The notes under the pieces were generated by a model. The model worked only from the letters and a program-made list of their open reading frames with translations. It was not told the DNA's origin and made no database searches. The position numbers and the translations under genes were made by a program. A DNA stretch of 32,701 nucleotides from a virus (Duplodnaviria > Caudoviricetes): IMG/VR virus record IMGVR_UViG_3300022407_001435, positions 1 through 32,701 of that record; one strand, 5' to 3'. Within the stretch, counting starts at the first letter, position 1. Each line of letters begins with the position of its first letter. This document shows positions 9,011 through 18,700 of the stretch, in pieces.

Positions 9011-9646
9011 ATGACGACTGCAAGTGTAATGACCTACGACTCGCTGGTTGAGAACATCCAGTCCTACCTAGAGCGAACAGACGCGTCCACCCTCGACAAG
9101 ATTCCGCTGTTCATCATGCTGGCTGAGCAAATCATTGCCTCCCAGATTAAATTCCTTGGCAACTTGACGGTGCAGGCCAGCACCATGACGCTCAACGCCA
9201 ATGTGATTGACAAGCCGGCCCGCTGGCATAAGACGGTGTCCATAAACGTTACCGTGGCAGGTACGCGTTACCCTGTGCTGCTGCGCAAGTACGAGTATCT
9301 GCGCGAGTATTGGCCTAACCCCGCGTCTACTGGCGTGCCTAAGTTCTACTGCGACTACGACTACACGCACTGGATGGTTGCCCCAACTCCTAGTGACAAC
9401 TATGTCTTTGAGGTGCTTTACTACGAGCGCCTTCAGCCACTGGACTCGTCCAACCAGACCAATTGGTTCACCACCTATGCCCCACAGGCGTTGCTGTATG
9501 GCACACTGCTGCAGGCCATGCCGTTCCTTAAAAATGATGAGCGCGTGCCGTTATGGCAGGCCATGTACCAGCAGTCGATGGACATTCTAGTTGCAGAAGA
9601 CAAACTTCGCGTGGCCGATCGTCAGGCCGTGGCAATAGATAGCTAA
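9011..9646 (+). CDS. Head-tail adaptor / tail tubular protein A-like
   Basis: 211 aa with TY..L...I..YLER, FI.LAE, G.P.FY, PTP, LLYG.L..A..FLK motifs. Position is upstream of the nozzle-like gene. Confidence 0.65.
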   Translation: MTTASVMTYDSLVENIQSYLERTDASTLDKIPLFIMLAEQIIASQIKFLGNLTVQASTMTLNANVIDKPARWHKTVSINVTVAGTRYPVLLRKYEYLREYWPNPASTGVPKFYCDYDYTHWMVAPTPSDNYVFEVLYYERLQPLDSSNQTNWFTTYAPQALLYGTLLQAMPFLKNDERVPLWQAMYQQSMDILVAEDKLRVADRQAVAIDS

Positions 9647-9655
9647 GGATCAATT

Positions 9656-10894
9656 ATGAGTTACAACAGCCCCTTTACCGGAAACGTGATCCAGCCAACG
9701 GACGTGTCGTACCGTTCGGTTACGCTTGCGGCCAACACCCAGCTTCAGTGGCCGATCAATGGCAACGCCACGGATGACTACGCCGCCCGGATCATGGACG
9801 TTACAGCGTCCTCTGCAGCCCTGTCCCTGTTCATGCCCCCAGCCAATCAGACCTCGGTGGGCAACGACGCCTTGATCCGCAACGTGGGGGCCAACAGCTT
9901 CACGGTCAAGGACTTCGCAGGCACAAACACCATCATCACGATTGCTGCTGGCGAGGCCAAGTATGTCTACATCAAGACAAACGCCACAGAGCAGGGCACA
10001 TGGGGCAACATCGCCTTTGGCACTGGAACATCTGCTGCGGACGCTGCAAGCCTTGCAGGCGCGGGCTTAGTAGCCTCTGGCTCGACTCTTAACCAGAGCC
10101 ACCCGTCCAGTTCCCTAACTGCTGCATACACTTTTTTGACCACGGACAGGTCAAAGACACTGGTTTGGGCTGGCGGTGCAACAACGGCCACCCTGCCCCT
10201 TGCAAGCACCACTGGTGACAATTGGTTTGTGCTGTTTAAGAACAACGGCACCGGCACCGTCACTATAGGAACAACCAGCTCCCAAAACATTGATGGCGCT
10301 GTTTCCAAGGCGTTTGCTCCGGGCGAGTCTGCTTTCATTGTTTCGACCGGAACGCAGTATGTGACTGTTGGCTACGGCGTGAGCACCCAGTTTGAGTTTG
10401 GCGTCTTGACCAAACCCGTCGTCACTGGCACCTACACGTTGACGGCCAGTGAAGCGTCCAACACAATTCAGATCTACACCGGGACACTAACAGGCAACGT
10501 CATCATCATTGTTCCACCAGTGATCAACCTGTATGTGATCTCCAACCAGTGCGCTGCTGGAGCTTTCACCCTGACCATCTCTACTGGGGTTTCAGGAGGA
10601 AATACGGCAACTGTTCCGGCTTCTGGTCAGGCTACGTTGGTCTGTGATGCAACGAACATCCTGAACGCCAACACCACGCAAGCTGGTGGTACGTCTTTTA
10701 GTTTGGTGAACGGCTCCGCTGCCTCTCCTTCCCTGAACTTTGGCTCTGAAGTCAACACTGGCATCTATCGACCCGGCGCTGGCAGGTTTGGCATCTCTGT
10801 GCTGGGGAATTTGATTATGGATGTTGAGGCAACTGGAATTGATGTCATCGGATCTGGAAACTTCACAACAGGCATCTCTGGCGGGACATTCTGA
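9656..10894 (+). CDS. Virion structural (tail) protein
   Basis: RBS AAGGA. 412 aa, beta-rich and T/G/S-rich, with TLP...KNNGTGT.T and GSAASPS.NF..E.NTGIYRPG modules typical of tail proteins. Confidence 0.65.
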   Translation: MSYNSPFTGNVIQPTDVSYRSVTLAANTQLQWPINGNATDDYAARIMDVTASSAALSLFMPPANQTSVGNDALIRNVGANSFTVKDFAGTNTIITIAAGEAKYVYIKTNATEQGTWGNIAFGTGTSAADAASLAGAGLVASGSTLNQSHPSSSLTAAYTFLTTDRSKTLVWAGGATTATLPLASTTGDNWFVLFKNNGTGTVTIGTTSSQNIDGAVSKAFAPGESAFIVSTGTQYVTVGYGVSTQFEFGVLTKPVVTGTYTLTASEASNTIQIYTGTLTGNVIIIVPPVINLYVISNQCAAGAFTLTISTGVSGGNTATVPASGQATLVCDATNILNANTTQAGGTSFSLVNGSAASPSLNFGSEVNTGIYRPGAGRFGISVLGNLIMDVEATGIDVIGSGNFTTGISGGTF

Positions 10895-13800
10895 TGACCA
10901 AGAAAGTATTTGCCCTTGATACCAAGCCCGGTATTCAGCGGGATGGGACCTTGTTTGACAAAGAGGTTTACGTTGATGGCGAATGGACTCGCTTTCAGCG
11001 TGGACGCCCCCGCAAAATTGGCGGCTATCGTGAAATTACTTGCGACCTTTCCGGCATCTCTCGCGGCATCTACCTTGAAGCTGCAAACGGTTTTAACCGG
11101 ATCTTCAACGGCTACAACAATGGCCTTCAGACGCTGACCATCAACAACAATGGCGTTGGCGCTGGTATTATTGATTTTGCCTACGCTTCAGCCATAGCCA
11201 CTTTTGGATCTCTTGTGCCTGGCGCTGGGTATACAAATGGCGTGTATACTAATATCCCTTTAACGGGTGGCACTGGCAGCGGCGCTAAAGCCACAATCAC
11301 GGTGGCGTCAAACGGGGTTTCGGCTGTCACCATCACCACCACTGGCAACGGCTATCTTGTAGGAGACACGCTTTCTGCTGCTGCGGCGTCTATCGGTAGT
11401 GGCGTTTCAACTTACGGCACGATTACAGGCGGTGTCTTATACTCTGATGGCTCTTACCTAAGCGTCCCTATGACAGGCGGCACTGGAACAGGCGCCACTG
11501 CAAATGTCACTGTCTCTGGTGGTGTTGTTACAGGTGTTGTTGCGCAAGACCGCGGGGTTGGGTATCTTGACACGGACACACTTTCTGCGGCACTTGCAAA
11601 CATTGGGGGCCTAACTGGGGTCATTGGCACCTACAGCCAGATCTCTGGCGGCTCACTCTATGAGCCAGGAACCTACACAGGCGTGACCTTTGTTGGCGGA
11701 TCTGGCACTGGCGCTGTAGGTGACGTTGAAGTTTTGGATGCCGGTGTTAGGACAGTAAAGAACATCGTTGGTGGGAGCGCATACACAAACGGCTCATTTC
11801 CAAATGTATCCCTAACTGGCGGGGTTGGTACGGGCGCAAAAGCAACAGTCACAGTCTCTGGTGGCAACGTGGTGTCCGTCACCGTTTCCTACGGCGGCAA
11901 CAACTACGCTGTTAATGACGTGCTGTCTTGCAGCGCTGCAAGCATTGGTAGTGGTGTTTTGACCTTTGGCGGTATCACAGGTGGCTCAGGCTACGCGAAT
12001 GGAATCTATTCCAATGTAACCTTGACCGGTGGAACCGGGACTGGCGCACGGGCGACCATCACCGTCTCTGGTGGCCTTGTGATTGCGGTGGCCCTGACCT
12101 ACGGCGGCGTTGGCTACACGGCTGCTGACAGCCTGACAACAGCCAACACAAACCTTGGTGGGACTGGCGCAGGCTTTAACGTTGCAGTTGCCACGGTGGC
12201 CTCAAGTACAGGCTTTCAGTGTGCTGTAGCTGCTTTGAGCACTGGCGCGGTTGGCGCTGTGACTCTGACCTCTGACGGCTTTGGTTACGCCGCCAACGAT
12301 ATCTTGTCTGCCTCGATTGAAGACATTGGTGGCGTGAGCGGCGTCATCAACTCAACTGGTGGAATCGACCCAGGCAACTACTATACAAACTCGACAACAG
12401 CGCTTGTGACGGCTTCAATTTCAGGCACTGTATTAACCGTGACTGCAGTGTCAAGCGGCACGCTGGTTGTGGGCCAAACAGTTTTTGGCACGACAGTTGC
12501 AGACAACACCGTCATCACGTCTTTTGGCACTGGATCTGGTGGCGTAGGAACCTACAACATCAACAACAGCCAGACTGTTTCAAGCACATCCATTTCTGCA
12601 ATTGGCGTTTTTCGAGATACGCCTTTGACGGGTGGCTCAGGCGCTGGGGCAACCGGTAATATCATTGTGAGCAGCGGTCGTGTGTCTGCTGTGTCACTTG
12701 TAGAACCCGGCGTTGGGTACGCAGTAGGGGACAGCCTTAGCGCCACACTTGCCGGGTCAACAAACGGCATCGCCACAACTTCTGCAATTACTGGCGGCTC
12801 CAATTACACCAACGGCACATACACTAACGTGTCGCTGACTGGCGGCACAGGAACTGGAGCCAAGGCCACTGTCGTTGTTGCCAGCAACGCTGTGAGCACT
12901 GTGACCCTCACATCCGCGGGCTCGGGGTATACGGTGGCTGACTCGATGAGCGCCGCTGCAGCTACTTTAGGCAACGGCATCAACACTTTGACAACAGGCT
13001 CTTTGGTTGGCGGTACAAACTACGGTACTGGGACTTACAGCAACGTGCCTTTGACTGGCGGCACCGGATCTGGTGCCACAGCAAACATCACCGTTGGTGT
13101 TGGGGGTGACGTGACTGTTGTGACCATGACAGCCCGTGGCGTTGGGTACACCGCCGCTGACTCAATGAGCGCAGCCGCCACAAACCTTGGTGGCTGTACC
13201 AACGGCATTGGAACACTTGGCGCAATTACTGCTGGATCGAATTACACGGACGGAACGTTTACTAGCGTTCCCTTGACCGGAGGGGCCGGAACTGGCGCAT
13301 TGGCAACCATTGTAGTTGCCAGCAACGCAGTCACCTCGGTCACTGTCACTAGCAAAGGTAATGGTTACGCCGTGGCTAATTCCTTGTCCTGCAGTGCTGC
13401 AATACTTGGAAGCGGCATTCAGACGCTTGGAACAATCACTGGGGGTTCGGGATACACCAATGGCACCTACACCGCAGTCAACCTCATTGGAGGCTCTGGA
13501 TCTAGCGCGCAGGCCACGATTGTGGTGGCTGGCGGTGTGGTGACCACAGTCACCATTACTGGTAGAGGTCGTGGGTTTGTGGTAGGCAACATTATGTCAG
13601 CTAACTCCACGTCAATTGGCGGCACAGGCTCTGGGTTTGTCGTGCCTGTTTCTGCAATATTTGCCAGCACCGGCTTTGCTGTCCCTGTTGCTACCGTGGT
13701 CACCAGCTCGGGGTTTTCTATTCCTGTTGGTTCAGCCTACGCCAGCTCTGGGTTTGTCTTTACGGTGGCAACCCTTGGTAATGGGGGCGGCTTTGCACTT

Positions 13801-15456
13801 CCAGTGACGGGTGTAATGTCCAGCAGCGGCTTTGCATTTAGAGTTCTGTCAGTCACGCAAAGCTCAGGCTTTTCTGTAGAGGTTGCCACTGTTTTTGCAA
13901 GCTCCGGGTTTTCTATACGGGTTGCGTCTATTGATTTGAGCTTCACTGCAAGTGATGAAAATCTTTGGCAATTTGATTCTTTGTACAACTCGTTTGGCGG
14001 AAGCAATCTTCTTTTGGCGCACCCCGGGCGCAACTTAATTGAGATTGACAGCACGCAAGACGTGCCTGTCTTGTACGGCGACGTTGCAGGCAGTACTGTG
14101 GCGCCTTTAAAAGACACCGGAGGCGCAAACCCAACTGGGGACGTCATCTCTGTCAGCGGTGGTGTGGTCTCCTTGCACCCATACGTTGTTGTCTATGGCG
14201 ACGCAGGCCTTTTAAAGAACTGCGCCGCAGGTGACCCTACTGACTGGAACTCTCCGGACGCCAACGAGGTCAACGTTGCTACAGGTAAGATTGTCAAAGG
14301 CTTACCTGTGCGTGGTGGCTCCAACTCACCGTCTGGATTGTTTTGGAGTTTGGACAGCTTAGTCAGAATGTCATTCATTGGTGGCACTGGAACACCGGCG
14401 CAATACTGGCGCTATGACATCATCACTTCTCAGTCATCCATTCTGTCTTCGCAATGCGTCATTGAGTATGACGGCATCTACTACTGGATCGGAACTGATC
14501 GTTTCTTGCTGTACAACGGCGTTGTCAAAGAGATTCCAAACGGCATGAACCAAAACTGGTTCTTTGATAACCTGAACTATACACAGCGCCAGAAAGTTTG
14601 GGCAACCAAGGTTCCTCGTTTTGGAGAGGTTTGGTGGTTCTACCCTCGTGGAGACGCAGACGAATGTAATGACGCCATTATTTACAACGTACGTGAGAAC
14701 GTGTGGTACGACGCAGGTCAAGTTGACGGCGCACGCAGATCTGCAGGGTACTTCTCTCAGGTGTTTCGCTTTCCCATCAACGCGGCATCCGTTGTTGACG
14801 CTGTTGGCGGCATTAACGAGTTAAGCATCTCAAACGCCGGTTCAGGCTACACTAACGGGTCTTACCTGTATCAGCCCTTAACTGGTGGGACAGGTTCCGG
14901 GGCCACGGCCAACATCACCATTGCAGGTGGCGTTGCCACCGTTGCCTTGATCAAAGACAAAGGCCAAGGCTACACAGCAGGCAACATTTTGACCGCAGCC
15001 ATTTCCGGTGGCTCTAATCTTGCGTTCACGGTCAACCAGCTGACAGATTTTGTTTGTTTGTGGCAGCACGAGATTGGCACTGACGAGGTTAAAGGCACCG
15101 CTGCAAATGCCATACTCAGCTCATTTGAGACAAGCGATCTTGGTTGGGTGGCCGGTGGACCTTCTCAGCCATCCCCAGTTGGCGAGAATCGCTGGCTGCA
15201 CCTTGAGCGATTGGAGCCTGACTTCATCCAGCAAGGCGCCATGGAGCTGTATGTCACCGGCAGACCTTTTGCGCAATCTGAAGATAAAACAACTGGCCCC
15301 TATCCTTTTGAGCCCGGAACAACTAAAATTGACCTACGCGAACAGCGCCGTGAACTAAGATTAAAGTTTGTGTCCAACGTGGCAGGGGGGGACTACCAAA
15401 TGGGTAAGGTTATAGTCAGCGCAGATCTTGGGGATACTCGTGGCTACAACACCTGA
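10894..15456 (+). CDS. Tail nozzle / DNA-stabilisation-like protein carrying a 914-aa nested-repeat insertion
   Basis: The core (aa 1-99 and ~1014-1520) has KPGIQRDGT, W.RFQRGRPRKIGG, YWIGTDRFLLYNG and FGEVWWFYP motifs. The insertion spans 11191-13932. Confidence 0.7.
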   Translation: MTKKVFALDTKPGIQRDGTLFDKEVYVDGEWTRFQRGRPRKIGGYREITCDLSGISRGIYLEAANGFNRIFNGYNNGLQTLTINNNGVGAGIIDFAYASAIATFGSLVPGAGYTNGVYTNIPLTGGTGSGAKATITVASNGVSAVTITTTGNGYLVGDTLSAAAASIGSGVSTYGTITGGVLYSDGSYLSVPMTGGTGTGATANVTVSGGVVTGVVAQDRGVGYLDTDTLSAALANIGGLTGVIGTYSQISGGSLYEPGTYTGVTFVGGSGTGAVGDVEVLDAGVRTVKNIVGGSAYTNGSFPNVSLTGGVGTGAKATVTVSGGNVVSVTVSYGGNNYAVNDVLSCSAASIGSGVLTFGGITGGSGYANGIYSNVTLTGGTGTGARATITVSGGLVIAVALTYGGVGYTAADSLTTANTNLGGTGAGFNVAVATVASSTGFQCAVAALSTGAVGAVTLTSDGFGYAANDILSASIEDIGGVSGVINSTGGIDPGNYYTNSTTALVTASISGTVLTVTAVSSGTLVVGQTVFGTTVADNTVITSFGTGSGGVGTYNINNSQTVSSTSISAIGVFRDTPLTGGSGAGATGNIIVSSGRVSAVSLVEPGVGYAVGDSLSATLAGSTNGIATTSAITGGSNYTNGTYTNVSLTGGTGTGAKATVVVASNAVSTVTLTSAGSGYTVADSMSAAAATLGNGINTLTTGSLVGGTNYGTGTYSNVPLTGGTGSGATANITVGVGGDVTVVTMTARGVGYTAADSMSAAATNLGGCTNGIGTLGAITAGSNYTDGTFTSVPLTGGAGTGALATIVVASNAVTSVTVTSKGNGYAVANSLSCSAAILGSGIQTLGTITGGSGYTNGTYTAVNLIGGSGSSAQATIVVAGGVVTTVTITGRGRGFVVGNIMSANSTSIGGTGSGFVVPVSAIFASTGFAVPVATVVTSSGFSIPVGSAYASSGFVFTVATLGNGGGFALPVTGVMSSSGFAFRVLSVTQSSGFSVEVATVFASSGFSIRVASIDLSFTASDENLWQFDSLYNSFGGSNLLLAHPGRNLIEIDSTQDVPVLYGDVAGSTVAPLKDTGGANPTGDVISVSGGVVSLHPYVVVYGDAGLLKNCAAGDPTDWNSPDANEVNVATGKIVKGLPVRGGSNSPSGLFWSLDSLVRMSFIGGTGTPAQYWRYDIITSQSSILSSQCVIEYDGIYYWIGTDRFLLYNGVVKEIPNGMNQNWFFDNLNYTQRQKVWATKVPRFGEVWWFYPRGDADECNDAIIYNVRENVWYDAGQVDGARRSAGYFSQVFRFPINAASVVDAVGGINELSISNAGSGYTNGSYLYQPLTGGTGSGATANITIAGGVATVALIKDKGQGYTAGNILTAAISGGSNLAFTVNQLTDFVCLWQHEIGTDEVKGTAANAILSSFETSDLGWVAGGPSQPSPVGENRWLHLERLEPDFIQQGAMELYVTGRPFAQSEDKTTGPYPFEPGTTKIDLREQRRELRLKFVSNVAGGDYQMGKVIVSADLGDTRGYNT
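11191..13659 (+). repeat. Ten ~70-aa beta-rich repeats (G.Y.NG.Y..V.LTGG.G.GA.A.I.V..G.V..V.....G.GY...D.LS)
   Basis: Units start near 11191, 11398, 11617, 11737, 11950, 12340, 12763, 12973, 13201 and 13411. An 11th free-standing copy lies at 14806-15042. Confidence 0.9.
13660..13932 (+). repeat. Seven tandem 13-aa (39-bp period) xxSSGFxxxVxxV units
   Basis: FASTGFAVPVATV / VTSSGFSIPVGSA / YASSGFVFTVATL / GNGGGFALPVTGV / MSSSGFAFRVLSV / TQSSGFSVEVATV / FASSGFSIRVASI; 273 nt = 7 x 39. Confidence 0.9.
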
Positions 15457-15703
15457 TGCCCAGTCGCCACTTGTTTATGACCCAAGGTACATGGAGTTTG
15501 AGCAGTGGGCGTGCCTGCTTTGCGAGCAATACGCGTCACAGCAGATTGCGATACCCGGCAATGAAGCTGAATGGAAAAGTTGGGCTGTTGGTCTTTTGGC
15601 AATTGATGTGTTCACAACTGAAGGCATTCCTAGCCCGTATGATTATGATGACTGGCAAGATTGGGCTGCTGCCCTGTTGAACGTAATGAATGGTGACACC
15701 TAA
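15440..15703 (+). CDS. Small Trp-rich conserved phage protein
   Basis: Likely GTG start at 15440 after GGGGA. YDPR...W...W..WA...P.PY.YDDWQDWA pattern. Confidence 0.6.
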   Translation: MATTPDAQSPLVYDPRYMEFEQWACLLCEQYASQQIAIPGNEAEWKSWAVGLLAIDVFTTEGIPSPYDYDDWQDWAAALLNVMNGDT

Positions 15704-15705
15704 AA

Positions 15706-18700
15706 ATGGACAACACAAAACCTTCTGATGACTGGATGTCGGGCCAGTGGTACAACCCTAATGCGATGCCGGAGAACTTTGACTGGCAGCGCTACGTTGG
15801 AGCCAACCAAGACTTAGGCGCTGCAGGTATTGACACGCAAGAAGAGGCCATGCGCCACTACTTCAACTACGGCCAGCAAGAAAATCGCAACATTGGCGCG
15901 CTAACGCCACAACAAGGCGCAGCGTTATCCCCTGAGGACTACCAGGCAGGGCTTAATGCTTATCGACAAGCAACTGGCGACGACCGCGTTTTAACTGGCA
16001 TCAATGCTGACGGTGGCTCTGACTTTGGCCCAGCAAATCAGTGGATTGACCAGAATTACATCCCGCAAGGCAACTTCGTAACAGACTACACTGCAGCAAA
16101 GCCTGCGAACACGTTTGATTTGTTGAGCAATTTGCAGACGTCAAGCCGTCCCATGGATCAGCTTTCAAGCATCAAGCAAGCGTGGGATGCAAACAAGGAC
16201 AAGCCTGGCGAGATGAGTAGGCTTATGCAAGAGTATGGCGTTACGCTAGGCGATTTGTCTCAAGCAACGGGTGAGACGTATAGCCAACTCAACACTTGGG
16301 TACAAAACGGCGACGTTCTTGGCTTGGTTGGGTTCTCAGTGAATCAGCCTGGGGCCTACGACAAGTACAAAGCGCAAACAACCGCCAGCTACGACCCAAA
16401 CGCTACAACAGTGATAGGCCCAAGCACGCCAGAATCTCAGCTTGCTGCGTATGAGGCATCTCAGCAAAGGGCCGCTAACACGTTTGACCCTGTGGAGTAC
16501 GAGAAGAACAGGCAGCTTGCCACTACTGGCGCGCTTCCAGTAAACGCTGCAACAGGCACGCCAGCAACAAGCGCGCTTCCAGTAGACGCGGCAGCAACAA
16601 CAAATACTTGGGACTACGGTAAATACCTTGACAATCTAAAGTCAGGGGACGCTGCGTCTTTGGCTGGCGCGTTTGATTCATTGGCTACGCAAGACCCTGC
16701 AATGGCAGGCAATGCCCGTAATTTATATCAGGAGCTACTTTCTCAGCAAAAATTTACAGGTGACTCATGGGCTACCGGTAATTTAGGCTCTAAAGAAGCT
16801 GCGGCAACGGATTTTGCTTTGCGACTTGCGGAGAATGGCGTCAACTCTATTTATGACTTGGGTCAGCGCACTGTAGATAGCGTAAGTGACTGGGAAGGGA
16901 CGCCTATAGTTACGCAAAACGTAGAATACTATAACAAGAAGACGGGTGCTGCATTGCCTGACTGGGGGCGAGTTGCTTCCGGCGCACAGTCTGGAACCAA
17001 GCTTGACTACAACATATCTTTTGCGGCAGACGGCACGCCTATCCCGTACACAACGGGAGCACAAAGTGATTGGGTGGAGTTTCGTGAAAACGTTGTCAAG
17101 CCTTCAATTTCCATGATTGCCATGGCAAACCCGGCGCTGCTGCCTTACGTTGCTGCGGGTAACGCGGCCTACGCAGCAAATAAAGGTGATTGGGGGTCTG
17201 CGATTGTTAGTGGGCTGTCCGCTGCGGTTGGGTTTAGCGGGGACCTTGGCTTAACAGCTGCCACAGTAGAAACTTTGAATCAGGCCAAGACTGGTGCGCA
17301 AGTTTTAAATGCACTTGACAAAGGCAACCCTGTTGCCCTTGCAACGGCGCTTATGCAAACCGCAACCGGCAAGGAGTTGATGAGCAAAGACATGGGCGGC
17401 GGCATCACAATGGGCGACGTGGTGAACACAGCTAAAGTGGCGCAGCTTGCAAACACGGGTGATTACGCTGCCGCCCTTGCTACCGTTGGAGAAATGACCA
17501 AAAGCCCGAACTTAAAATTTGCTGCGTCGGCTGTAAATTTGACACAAGCGTTTGTAACCGGCGACCCATCCAAGATCATGTCTGCAGTAGGCCAGATGAA
17601 TACAGCCGTCAAGAATGCCAATTCTTCGTCCCAAAAACAAGTTACTGGCGGCTTGCCTACCAACACTGGCGATGGTCAATTCGCTGCTGACGCCGGAGCC
17701 ATGAGCCCTGCCGAGATTGACAAAATTGTTGGGGCGGGCGGATTGGCAAACGCGGCAGGGAGCCAAGATAGCGGAGAGCTTACGGCTGGACCCGGGCAAA
17801 TGACCACAAGAACTGTGGCGTCAATGCCTGAAATGCAAGCCAGAACAGGGGAGGCGACTGGTGAAGTGCGGGAGGTAACTGAAGTAGACGACGGCGTAAC
17901 GTATACTACCTACCAACGCGACATGGTTTATACAAAGCCCGATGGCACGACTGGAAGTTACACTATTACGTATGACCCAAGCGCAAAGGAAGGTCGGCAA
18001 ATTATTTACGGCGTCAGTAGCAACATTGACCCAGATACCCCGCTTATTTCTGGTGGTACCGGCATCAGCAGAGTGCTACGAACAAGGCCCGACATTGAGA
18101 CAACAGAGGAGTCGCTTAGCAGCAATGCTGACACAGCGACAGGCAGGGGTCAGGCAACGCCTTTAACATTTGCAGACGTGACTTTACCTAGCCTTACTAA
18201 CTTCGTAAATTCTGGTCCCAGCGGCAGCATTAACTTAGGCAACTTGACAAGTTCTGTCACAGGCGGCGGCGCTTTACCCAGTGACGCGGGTCAGGGTACT
18301 GCAACTGCACCAGGTACTGCAACTGCACCAGGTACTGCAACTGCCCCAGGAACTGCAACTGCCCCAGGAACTGGCGCCTTAGATACTGCAGTTGGCCCAG
18401 GAACTGGCGTTGGCCCAGGAACTGGCGTTGGCCCAGGAACTGGCGTTGGCCCAGGAACTGGCGTTGGCCCAGGAACTGGCGTTGGCCCAGGAACACCCGG
18501 GGCACCTACGCAGCCGCCTGGCGCATTGGTAGCATACGCGTCCCCGAGCAGCGCAAGCGGCGCGTTGCCTGGCAACTTGACTGGAACTATGCTGGCTGCT
18601 GGGCAAAGACAGGAAATCAAAATCATGCAAGACTTACAGCAACTTTTCCCGCAAATAGCTAACATTGACCCCCAATTGCTTAGCATCTTGGCCGGTCGTG

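Noticed and set aside
11191-13932. Intein, intron or misassembly explaining the large insertion
   Set aside because: No intein terminal residues or endonuclease motifs, the frame is continuous, and the repeats are highly diverged at the DNA level.
18391-18494. Possible CRISPR array
   Set aside because: Units are contiguous 18-mers without spacers and are in frame within a CDS.
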